From Candidatus Saganbacteria bacterium (GTDB lineage Bacteria; Margulisbacteria; WOR-1; JAKLHX01), in contig JAPLKZ010000004.1 of assembly GCA_026387835.1 (NCBI GenBank), positions 73,931 through 105,930 on the forward strand: 32,000 nt of DNA, read 5' to 3'. Below the pieces are notes generated by a model. It searched no databases and was not told the DNA's origin. It saw only the letters and a program-made list of their open reading frames with translations. Shown piece by piece: positions 17,846-25,776 of the stretch. The position numbers were made by a program, and so were the translations under genes. Position 1 is the stretch's first letter; every line of letters begins with the position of its first letter.

Positions 17846-18627
17846 TGATAGAACTGCGCGCCATCTATATACTCTGGCTTAGGGAAATGAAAAAATTCAC
17901 CCGCGCGAAGGAACGCATAATCGGTTCAATCGCGATGCCGTTCATGTTCCTGGCTTTTCTCGGGTTCGGGTTTGGCAAGATGTCCATTCCCGGACTCGAC
18001 AAGAACATCAGCTATATGAATTACCTCGTGCCCGGAACTATCGGCATGAACATGCTTTTCAGTTCGATGTTCGCCGGGATATCGGTCCTCTGGGACAGGG
18101 AATTCGGCTTCCTCAAGGAGATAATGGTCGCTCCCGTGAGCAGGATCTCGATAGCCCTCGGCCGCATAGCCGGAGGCGCTACTACGGGGATGATCCAGGG
18201 TATTCTGCTCTTTTTCGTCTCTTTCTCCCTCGGGTTCAATATCAGTTATCTCCCGCTGTACAGGATCGTCCCGGGGTTCTTCCTCATGATTGTCTTCATG
18301 GTCCTTATGGCCCTTGTTTTTCTTTCCCTCGGGCTGTCTTTTGCTTCCAATATGAAGGACGCACAGGGGTTTGAACTGATAATCAACTTCGTCATGTTCC
18401 CTCTTTTCTTTTTATCGGGCGCCGTATCGCCTATCAGCAACCTTCCCGTCTGGATAAGGGTATTTTCGTATCTTAATCCCCTGACGTACGGCGTCGACGG
18501 CATCAGGTGGGCTTTGCTCGGCTCGTCGCATTTCCACATCTTCTACGACCTGTTCATCAGCACCCTGGCGGCTTTTTTCATGGTAAGCCTTGCCTCGTAT
18601 TTCTTTGAAAGGAGCGAGGGTGTATAA
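17845..18627 (+). CDS. ABC-2 type transporter permease
   Basis: 260 aa with about six hydrophobic segments; VLWDREFGFLKEIMVAPVSR, FLSGAVSPISNLPVWIRVFSYLNPLTYGVDGIR. Confidence 0.94.
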   Translation: MIELRAIYILWLREMKKFTRAKERIIGSIAMPFMFLAFLGFGFGKMSIPGLDKNISYMNYLVPGTIGMNMLFSSMFAGISVLWDREFGFLKEIMVAPVSRISIALGRIAGGATTGMIQGILLFFVSFSLGFNISYLPLYRIVPGFFLMIVFMVLMALVFLSLGLSFASNMKDAQGFELIINFVMFPLFFLSGAVSPISNLPVWIRVFSYLNPLTYGVDGIRWALLGSSHFHIFYDLFISTLAAFFMVSLASYFFERSEGV

Positions 18628-18629
18628 TT

Positions 18630-19001
18630 ATGCTGATGCAGAAAAATAAGATAAATAACAGGCTTGTTTGTTATTCTGCTCTCATCGCTATTTTGGGAAT
18701 ATTCCTGTACGGGTGCAGCGCAACGCCCGTTCCCGCAGGTCCCCATTCCTTATCCGGGACAGTCAGCGGAGTAAGTCCGGTGACCGTAAATTTGTCCGGC
18801 ACTTCATCGGGCGCCACTACAACATCTTCATCGGGTTATTACAGTTTTACGGGGCTTGATGACGGTTATTATATCGTGAGGCCTTCAAAGACGGGATATT
18901 CCTTTACTCCTTATAGCAGGACTGTCACGGTCGCAAGCGCCGACGCCACGGGCATCAATTTTGATTTAAATGGTCCTCCTGAAACTTCTGAAGCAGAGTA
19001 A
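18630..19001 (+). CDS. lipoprotein with carboxypeptidase-regulatory-like (CnaB-like) domain
   Basis: 123 aa; signal peptide with lipobox LYGCS, then GTVSGVSPVTVNLSGTSSGATTTSSSGYYSFTGLDDGYYIVRPSKTGYSFTPYSRTVTV; starts 3 bp after the permease gene. Confidence 0.75.
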   Translation: MLMQKNKINNRLVCYSALIAILGIFLYGCSATPVPAGPHSLSGTVSGVSPVTVNLSGTSSGATTTSSSGYYSFTGLDDGYYIVRPSKTGYSFTPYSRTVTVASADATGINFDLNGPPETSEAE

Positions 19002-19024
19002 AAGTCATGGCCCGGCGGCCAACA

Positions 19025-19261
19025 TTAAACCGGAAACTTATTTTTATTCCTGTGGATTTCCTGGACTAAGAACGAACCGGGGACTGAGTTCATTTTAGCA
19101 AGCAGCACGTTGAAAGATTCTTCGCCGCTCTTTTCGTTTGGGATATCCGGTTTGCTCTTCACTAAATTGACTATACTATCCGCCATATTTTTTACTTTGT
19201 TCACTGCGGATGAATAATATGCCGCAACCGTCTTTGGACCAACACTTTCTGTTTTTACCAT
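19025..19261 (-). CDS. hypothetical protein, start chosen internal to the 153-aa ORF
   Basis: ATG at 19261 with upstream AAGAGGA at about 8 nt; the longer ORF (to 19486) starts inside a hairpin terminator. 78 aa MVKTESVGPKTVAAYYSSAVNKVKNM.... Confidence 0.4.
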   Translation of the reverse strand: MVKTESVGPKTVAAYYSSAVNKVKNMADSIVNLVKSKPDIPNEKSGEESFNVLLAKMNSVPGSFLVQEIHRNKNKFPV

Positions 19262-19477
19262 GGGACAGGTCCTCTTATATTCCTGACTATCTATCGCATC
19301 CTTAAGAGACATACTTGCGTGTTTTTGGGCTGTTTCCCTGCCAATATTTTGTTCAGCCCGGCTCCTCAATCTTCTGGTGCCTGTGGCCGATGAGGCTGTA
19401 CACGCAGGGCGATTATATATAATGTAAGGACCGTCGAGACAAAAAGCGTTTAATTGAGGGGATTTTAAAATAAATGA

Positions 19478-19495
19478 GGCTCTCATCAGAGAGCC
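19478..19495 (-). terminator. rho-independent terminator of the upstream minus-strand gene
   Basis: 7-bp stem GGCTCTC-ATCA-GAGAGCC; on the minus strand followed by TCATTTATTTTAAAA; 27 bp after the stop of the 19523-20284 gene. Confidence 0.6.
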
Positions 19496-19522
19496 CCATT
19501 GTTATTCCTGAAAATTCAGATA

Positions 19523-20284
19523 CTAGAATTTGATCCCGTATCCGATCTTAAGATCGAGACCTTTCAATGCCGGCTGGTCAGCAGCGTATTTAAGTCCGCT
19601 GTAACCGAGCTCGAAATTGACTATTCCCATTTCCGGGACGTTATAGTTTGCACCAAGGTATGCTTCCACACCCCAGCTGCCTGTACTGCCACCACTGACT
19701 TTCACAGGATAGAGACCGGCACCTCCTACATACCATGTGAGCGGAACGCCCAAAGCCGGCATGAACGGAGTGATATAATAAACGGCGCCGAGCTTCGCGG
19801 AAACAACTTTAAAGCTGTCATTCCCGTTAGGATTCGTGCCTGAAAGATAATTGGCTCCTATCCTTACGCTTAAGCCCTGAACAACTGAACCTGACAGATC
19901 GTAATCAAGATTGCCTGCAAAGCCGATCAGACCTGCATCAAGCCCGCCGTTGATATAAAGACCGAGACCTCTGCCTGCTTTTGCAGGAGGAGTTACTATT
20001 ACAACCGGGGTGGGATTGACTATTATGGTAGCCGGTGTCGGCGCAACCACCTTCGACGCTTTTAATTTGTTCCAGCGAGCGAGAGTTGCAGCTTTTTCGG
20101 CATGTAACTGATTAACTTTTGCCGCGTCTGTGGTTTTCTTGGCCTTGGCAAGCTTCGCGTCAATTACATTCAGGTAATTCCTGACCGCTTGCGCTTCATC
20201 TTCCATGGCAGTACTGCCTAAAGTCACGCTGGCAACGGCTGCCACAAAAACTAAAGCAACGAAATAAATAACAAAATTCTTCAT
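19523..20284 (-). CDS. exported protein with N-terminal helical segment, proline-rich linker and C-terminal beta-barrel-like domain
   Basis: 253 aa; signal peptide MKNFVIYFVALVFVAAVASVTLGS, helical AKLAKAKKTTDAAKVNQLHAEKAATLARWNKL, PTPATIIVNPTPVVIVTPP linker, alternating beta strands ending in aromatic KIGYGIKF. Confidence 0.7.
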   Translation of the reverse strand: MKNFVIYFVALVFVAAVASVTLGSTAMEDEAQAVRNYLNVIDAKLAKAKKTTDAAKVNQLHAEKAATLARWNKLKASKVVAPTPATIIVNPTPVVIVTPPAKAGRGLGLYINGGLDAGLIGFAGNLDYDLSGSVVQGLSVRIGANYLSGTNPNGNDSFKVVSAKLGAVYYITPFMPALGVPLTWYVGGAGLYPVKVSGGSTGSWGVEAYLGANYNVPEMGIVNFELGYSGLKYAADQPALKGLDLKIGYGIKF

Positions 20285-20321
20285 TCTTTCTCACCTCCTT
20301 TTACATTAGATTTAGACATGT

Positions 20322-20774
20322 TTAATGCTTGTGTCCGCGGCCTTCATTACTACGGCCTTGATCATTACGATCTCCATTATTCTGGGACTGCTTTTTCCAC
20401 TGACCGTAATTAATGGGACGTTCTTTCTTATAGACTTCGCGGTAATTCTTAGGAACTTTGAACAAATACCCGGGCACATAGTTGCGTTGCACAACGCCCC
20501 ACGGACCATTATACTGCCTTGCCCTGTACCAGCTATTGCCTCTCGGAGACCACCAGTAGCCGTTATAGAAGAAGACGTCATAACTGATGCCCGGCACAAA
20601 GTAGATCCCATACTGCGGCATCATGACCACTTGCGGAGGTTCTGACACTACTATCGGCGGCGGACCTATATTTATGTTGACATTGACTTCCGCTTGAACC
20701 GTTCCCATTGACCCAATGACCATGAACGCGAATACTAAAACAAATCCAAATAAACCGCAAAGACTTTTTTTCAT
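20322..20774 (-). CDS. exported Tyr/Trp-rich protein (YXWGXW-like)
   Basis: 150 aa; signal peptide then GIYFVPGISYDVFFYNGYWWSPRGNSWYRARQYNGPWGVV...NYREVYKKERPINYGQWKKQ. Confidence 0.65.
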   Translation of the reverse strand: MKKSLCGLFGFVLVFAFMVIGSMGTVQAEVNVNINIGPPPIVVSEPPQVVMMPQYGIYFVPGISYDVFFYNGYWWSPRGNSWYRARQYNGPWGVVQRNYVPGYLFKVPKNYREVYKKERPINYGQWKKQSQNNGDRNDQGRSNEGRGHKH

Positions 20775-20806
20775 GTTTATTTTCCTTTCATTATACTATA
20801 TTCATA

Positions 20807-21223
20807 TTAGAAATAATAACCCGCCTGCAACTGCAGTCTTCCGGACCTGACTGCGTCTACGCCGACTTCAAGGAACAAGGGTGTCACATCGAGAAACCGT
20901 TCAAAAATAAGGGAAATATAAGGGCCGGCATCTGAATTATTGCCCAGATATCCCACCAGCCCGCCGCTCAAGAACATCGGATATCTGTTGTTTATATTGC
21001 TAAGGAAAAATTTCCCTCCGATAAAGATGATCCCCGGGTTATTTGACGTGCTGATTTCAGCCCCTAATCTTAACGTTGCGTTATTTGCGGGGCCGCTTTC
21101 GAGCATTATCCCCAGCGCCGCGCCGTCCCTTATCCCGCCTATCACTGCGGGCCTGAATGCCAGACACTGCGATCCAAACAAAAGAACAAACAAAACGGCT
21201 GCAAAAACTAGGCTTTTTTTCAT
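20807..21223 (-). CDS. small exported beta-barrel-like protein
   Basis: 138 aa; signal peptide MKKSLVFAAVLFVLLFGSQCLA and amphipathic strands ending with aromatic GYYF. Confidence 0.6.
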   Translation of the reverse strand: MKKSLVFAAVLFVLLFGSQCLAFRPAVIGGIRDGAALGIMLESGPANNATLRLGAEISTSNNPGIIFIGGKFFLSNINNRYPMFLSGGLVGYLGNNSDAGPYISLIFERFLDVTPLFLEVGVDAVRSGRLQLQAGYYF

Positions 21224-21281
21224 TTTCCTTTTTCTTTTCCTTTCTTTACCGTCGGATATTTTTTCATTTCTTATTATTCTT

Positions 21282-21455
21282 TTAGATTCCGGTCTTAACT
21301 TTCTTAATTACTGTTTCGTTGGGAAGATAGCCGATCAATGCCTTTTCCACAAGATTAGTCAAAGTTAAATCCTCAACAACAGCCTGAGCTCTAGCGTGCT
21401 TAGCAATGGAAGGGTTAATAAAAAGGGTTAGCCGTTGTTTTTTATTAGTCGTCAT
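21282..21455 (-). CDS. ribbon-helix-helix-like small protein
   Basis: 57 aa from ATG 21455: MTTNKKQRLTLFINPSIAKHARAQAVVEDLTLTNLVEKALIGYLPNETVIKKVKTGI; the track version uses a TTG start that coincides with a TTGACA -35 hexamer. Confidence 0.6.
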   Translation of the reverse strand: MTTNKKQRLTLFINPSIAKHARAQAVVEDLTLTNLVEKALIGYLPNETVIKKVKTGI

Positions 21456-21462
21456 ACTACAT

Positions 21463-21491
21463 ATACTACATCTAGTTGTAGTGGTTGTCAA
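21463..21491 (-). promoter_or_regulatory. sigma70-like promoter for the RHH gene: TTGACA-N17-TAGTAT
   Basis: -35 TTGACA (21486-21491), 17-nt spacer, -10 TAGTAT (21463-21468), ATG 7 nt downstream of the -10. Confidence 0.6.
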
Positions 21492-21512
21492 GCGCTGATT
21501 GAAAAACCAAGC

Positions 21513-21809
21513 TTACTTCCGTTTTGAAGAGGCTTTCGGGATTTTTTTATCCTTTTTTATCAAAGCTAATTTTTTCGTTCTCGACCACCTTTTTATCTGC
21601 GCCTCTCTTTTTAAGGCTTTACTGCGGTTTTTGCAAGCTTCATGATAACGGATCTTTAAAGCCGGGTTATACGAAGTGTAATGTCCGCCTTTTCCCGTCT
21701 TGTGCTCGTTAAACCGCCTTTTGACATCGGTCGTGATGCCGGTATAAAGAGCTTTATTTTTGCATTCGATGATGTAGAGGAAGTATGGCATTCCTTCTGT
21801 ATTATTCAA
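21513..21809 (-). CDS. GIY-YIG nuclease family protein
   Basis: 98 aa; PYFLYIIECKNKALYTGITTDVKRRFNEHKTGKGGHYTSYNP...HEACKNRSKALKREAQIKRWSR. Confidence 0.93.
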   Translation of the reverse strand: MNNTEGMPYFLYIIECKNKALYTGITTDVKRRFNEHKTGKGGHYTSYNPALKIRYHEACKNRSKALKREAQIKRWSRTKKLALIKKDKKIPKASSKRK

Positions 21810-22485
21810 TACTTAATCTATATCCGACCCCTGGTTCGGTAATGATAATATTTGATAAAGAATATTTATCCAGCTTCTTTCTGAGCTGCCCAAAATAGAT
21901 CCTTAAATAATGAGACTGGTTAACAGCATTATTCCCCCATACCTCTTTAAGGAGATGTTTTTGAGTGACGATACGCCCTTCATTATGCGCAAGTATTTTT
22001 AAAAGGTCATATTCTGTTGCGGTAAGCTTAAGCAGTTCTCCGTTTATCCAAACACTGCGTGTGCCGAGATCGATCTTTAAGGGGCCGCTTTCAAATACCG
22101 GCTCTTTTTTAAGGTTAAGGCTGTGCCGGAGCGCGACCCTCACCCTGACGGAAAGTTCCTTAGCGCTAAAGGGCTTTGTCAGATAGTCATCTGCTCCGGC
22201 GTCAAGAAGCTGCACTTTATCGGAATCGGAACCTTTGACGGTAAGTATTATCACAGGCGTTTTCGATCTTTCCCTTATTTTGCCAAGAACATCGATCCCG
22301 TCCATATCCGGAAGGCCCAGGTCTAAAATAACGATATCCGGTCTGACGGAATCGAACTGTAAAAGACCGTCTTTCCCTGTCTTTGCAAGATAGATAGAGT
22401 ACCCGTCGGTTGAAAGGCTAACATCCAGAAGCCTGCGGATCGATTTCTCATCATCGATTACAAGTATCTTAGCTCCGCTATTCAT
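21802..22485 (-). CDS. kdpE: response regulator, OmpR family, KdpE
   Basis: 227 aa; receiver ILVIDDEKSIRRLL, PDIVILDLGLPDMDGI, KPFSAKEL; winged helix LTATEYDLLKILAHNEGRIVTQKHLLKEVWG; next to kdpD. Confidence 0.95.
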   Translation of the reverse strand: MNSGAKILVIDDEKSIRRLLDVSLSTDGYSIYLAKTGKDGLLQFDSVRPDIVILDLGLPDMDGIDVLGKIRERSKTPVIILTVKGSDSDKVQLLDAGADDYLTKPFSAKELSVRVRVALRHSLNLKKEPVFESGPLKIDLGTRSVWINGELLKLTATEYDLLKILAHNEGRIVTQKHLLKEVWGNNAVNQSHYLRIYFGQLRKKLDKYSLSNIIITEPGVGYRLSIE

Positions 22486-25204
22486 ATTGACCTGCCATCA
22501 TATCCGGCTGCTTTTCCACAGGCAGAGATATTTTAAATTCAAGGCCCCCGCCCTTTTTGTTAGCTGAAAATATAAAACCGCCGTGAGCTTCTATAATACT
22601 TTTTGTTAGTGTAAGCCCCAAACCTACACCTCCCGCGGGAGAACCTTTCACCCGGTAGAACTTTTCAAAAATATGCACAAGCTGGTCTTCACTGATACCC
22701 GGACCATTATCGGATATTTCAAGAATGAGATCATCATCTTTAAGAAATGATCTTATTTTTATCTCGGATCCTTCAGGCGTATAGTTGATCGCGTTTATCA
22801 ATATATTGCTCACGGCCTGTTCGAACAGGTTAAAGTCAAGCATTACAAGCGGAAGTCCTTCTTTTATTTCTATTGATAGTTTATGACCTTTTAGTTTTTC
22901 TCTCAACTGCTTCACCGACACATCAATGATCTCTCCTATGTCGTTCCATTCTCTTTTAAGGGTAAATGAGCCGGAGTTGATCCTGGACATATCAAGGATG
23001 TTCCCGACTACATTATTCAATCTGTCAACAGATTCAAGAAGCTCTTTTATCAGGTCTTCCCTCACGGTTTTATCCTGATTGATCTTTTCCTCGTTTAAAG
23101 CGGATGCTATCCCGCCTATTGAAGTTAGAGGGGTCCTCATTTCGTGCGAGATGCTCTCGAGTATCGTCTGCAGCATCTTCTCCGACTTTTCAAGCTCCTG
23201 GACTTGTTTTGACCTTTCCCTGAAAAGCTCTTTTTCAAGATATACAGCGATCTGTTTTGATATTGCCGCTATTAAGTTGGCCTGCTCCTGATTGAGTTTT
23301 TCTTCTTTATATGGCCTGTATGCCAGAATACCGACCGTCTCTGAAGGGCCTTTCAAGGGAATATAGATGGCTTTTGCGGACATCAAAGTTTCAGTGGACC
23401 ATCCTGCCGGAGTCCCTTTATCAAAAGACCATTTAGCCACGGAGAGCTCCTTTTTATCTGCGAATACGTCAGCTCTTCCTTCTATAGTTTTGTCAAATTC
23501 TTGCATGGCATCCTTAGCAATAATATAAAAATCTCCCGGAAGCATTGTGTTCATCTGTTTTTGTATCTCTTCTATGCAGGATCTTTTGTCAGCAGCTCCC
23601 GCAATCGTGTAAACGATCTTATAGATCGCGTCATTCCACGAAGACCGGACAAGAAGCATCTTTTCGTTAGTCCTTACCCTGTATGTCAGAAATCCCGCAA
23701 CTATCGCAGTGAAGAAAAATGTCAGGTGCATCAGGAGGTCTTCCGGTCTTGATATCGAAAGTGTCCCGAACGGCGGTATAAAAAAGAAGTTCCATGTCAG
23801 GGCACAGATAAGGGACGCGATCACTATCGGAATAAATGAAACGAACAGGCTGATAAATAATACTGCAAGAAGATATATGAACCCTATCGCCCTGTATCCG
23901 GTATAGGGGGCTAAGAGCAATGATACTCCGGTCACAAAAGCGACTACCCATAAGATCATGAAATATTCCATGAATGACGACCGGAAATCAACCTTGAATT
24001 TTATAGAGCTGTAACTTGGCTGCGGCGTCTCTCCTGATTCGGTCTTTAAAGGTATTACGTGCACGGCTATGTTCTTCGTCTCTCGCAGCAGTCTGTTTAT
24101 CAAAGAACCTCTGATAAAAGATTCAAAATAGTTTTTATCCGAATGGCCCAGGACTATTTGCGTTATATGTTTCTGCTTAGCGAACTTCAATATCTCGCCG
24201 AATATGCTCCTTCCCATCAACGTAACCGTTTTCGCCCCAAACTGCTCCGCCAGCGCAAAGTGGTTCTCGGTCTGTTCTTTTTCGCTCTGGCTCCACTTCC
24301 CGTAAAATACGTTCTCAAGTTCTACCGCCACGACGAACCAGTCGCATTTGTATCTTTTTGCCATTGCGGCACCGCGCCTGATAAGCTTGTTCGAATTGGT
24401 CCCCGGACCTATGCAGACCATTATCCTTTCGGTGGTCTGCCAGTTCTCGTTGATATTGTGCGCCTGCATGTACTGTTCAAGTTCTTCATCCACTTCCTGT
24501 GCTGTCTGCCGGAGAGAGATCTCCCGCAGCGCATTCAGATTACCTTTTCTGAAGAAGTTCGACAAAGCTTCGTCTATCTTATCGAGCTTGTAAACATCTC
24601 CCCGTTTCAACCTGTTGATGAGAGCTTCTATCGTGATGTCGACCGCGACTATTTCATCTGCTTTTTCGACGATCTTGTCAGGAATAGTTTCCCGGACGGT
24701 GACCCCCGTTATCTGCTTGATCGTATCCACAAGGCTTTCCATATGCTGCACATTAAGAGTGGTTATTACGTTTATCCCCGCATCAAGTATTTCCGCGACA
24801 TCCTCATAGCGTTTTTTATTTTTTGAACCGGGAACATTTGTATGGGCAAGTTCATCCACAAGAACACTCCGGGGATGCCGTTTGATGATGGCATCTGTAT
24901 CCATTTCCTCCAGGATTTTTCCCGAATATTCAATCTTTTTTTTAGGGATTATTTGAAGTTTACCGATCTGATTTTTCGTGTCCGGCCTGTCATGGGGTTC
25001 AAAATAGCCGATAACTATATCTTCTCCGCGAACCAGTCGCCTGTTGCCTTCATTGAGCATTGAATAGGTCTTGCCGACCCCCGGAGCGTATCCGATGAAT
25101 ATCTTTAACTTTCCTCTCTGCTCCTCCGGAGGGGTCGCGATCTTTAAAGCTTCTTCCGGTGTCAGTCTTTTTGAAAAGTCTTCCATATTATTTCTCAAAC
25201 TCAT
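22478..25204 (-). CDS. kdpD: sensor histidine kinase KdpD
   Basis: 908 aa; N-terminal GKLKIFIGYAPGVGKTYSMLNEG, DELAHTNVPGSKNKKRYEDV, USP-like domain, four-TM region, H-box SHEMRTPLTSIGG and ATPase N/G boxes. Confidence 0.96.
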   Translation of the reverse strand: MSLRNNMEDFSKRLTPEEALKIATPPEEQRGKLKIFIGYAPGVGKTYSMLNEGNRRLVRGEDIVIGYFEPHDRPDTKNQIGKLQIIPKKKIEYSGKILEEMDTDAIIKRHPRSVLVDELAHTNVPGSKNKKRYEDVAEILDAGINVITTLNVQHMESLVDTIKQITGVTVRETIPDKIVEKADEIVAVDITIEALINRLKRGDVYKLDKIDEALSNFFRKGNLNALREISLRQTAQEVDEELEQYMQAHNINENWQTTERIMVCIGPGTNSNKLIRRGAAMAKRYKCDWFVVAVELENVFYGKWSQSEKEQTENHFALAEQFGAKTVTLMGRSIFGEILKFAKQKHITQIVLGHSDKNYFESFIRGSLINRLLRETKNIAVHVIPLKTESGETPQPSYSSIKFKVDFRSSFMEYFMILWVVAFVTGVSLLLAPYTGYRAIGFIYLLAVLFISLFVSFIPIVIASLICALTWNFFFIPPFGTLSISRPEDLLMHLTFFFTAIVAGFLTYRVRTNEKMLLVRSSWNDAIYKIVYTIAGAADKRSCIEEIQKQMNTMLPGDFYIIAKDAMQEFDKTIEGRADVFADKKELSVAKWSFDKGTPAGWSTETLMSAKAIYIPLKGPSETVGILAYRPYKEEKLNQEQANLIAAISKQIAVYLEKELFRERSKQVQELEKSEKMLQTILESISHEMRTPLTSIGGIASALNEEKINQDKTVREDLIKELLESVDRLNNVVGNILDMSRINSGSFTLKREWNDIGEIIDVSVKQLREKLKGHKLSIEIKEGLPLVMLDFNLFEQAVSNILINAINYTPEGSEIKIRSFLKDDDLILEISDNGPGISEDQLVHIFEKFYRVKGSPAGGVGLGLTLTKSIIEAHGGFIFSANKKGGGLEFKISLPVEKQPDMMAGQYE

Positions 25205-25766
25205 TGTCCAACGTTAAATTGAGCTTCAGGACATTGATCCTTTCTTCACCGAACAGATCAAGGTCCCGTTTCTCCGTCATTTTGTTGATCAGCACTATCA
25301 GGTCGGCTTTTCTTGAAAGATCAAGCTTTCTTGCCTTTAATATCCTGTCTGTCTGGAATACCGCCGCAGACACGCTTATATGCGGGTCGAGGCCTGATCC
25401 GGAAGCATATAACATATCTGAAGGGATCTCATTTGCCGGTTTTGCAGGGTCTGCCTTTAAGATCATTTTCTCTCTTTCGGTTATCTGATCTTTTAATTGT
25501 TTGCTGGTCGCAGAAAGATTGCTTCCGCCGGATGAGAGCGTATTATAATCTACTGCCGACGGCCTCGGCCAGAAATATCTGTCATTATCAAATTTTTGTG
25601 CTATCAGATCCGAGCCGACCGTCTTTCCTTTCAATAAAACAAGGCTTCCGTTGGCTTTATCTTTAAAGAATATCTGCGCCGCGGCAGTGATGATCAAAGG
25701 ATATATTATTCCCGTTATCACCGCTGTGATCAAAAATAATTTTAAAGCCGCAATGAATTGTTTCAT
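25188..25766 (-). CDS. kdpC: potassium-transporting ATPase subunit C
   Basis: 192 aa; one TM, GSDLIAQKFDNDRYFWPRPSAVDYNTLSSGGSNL, SGLDPHISVSAAVFQTDRI. Confidence 0.95.
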   Translation of the reverse strand: MKQFIAALKLFLITAVITGIIYPLIITAAAQIFFKDKANGSLVLLKGKTVGSDLIAQKFDNDRYFWPRPSAVDYNTLSSGGSNLSATSKQLKDQITEREKMILKADPAKPANEIPSDMLYASGSGLDPHISVSAAVFQTDRILKARKLDLSRKADLIVLINKMTEKRDLDLFGEERINVLKLNLTLDNEFEK

Positions 25767-25776
25767 CTTATGCCTT

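Noticed and set aside
21282-21809. Toxin-antitoxin pair formed by the RHH gene and GIY-YIG gene
   Set aside because: GIY-YIG lies upstream of and apart from the RHH gene, which has its own promoter; GIY-YIG of this small type is a common stand-alone gene. No toxin fold is evident, so a TA call is unsupported.
24059-24826. 255-aa plus-strand ORF
   Set aside because: Lies fully antisense inside kdpD; no motif; kdpD coding is unambiguous.
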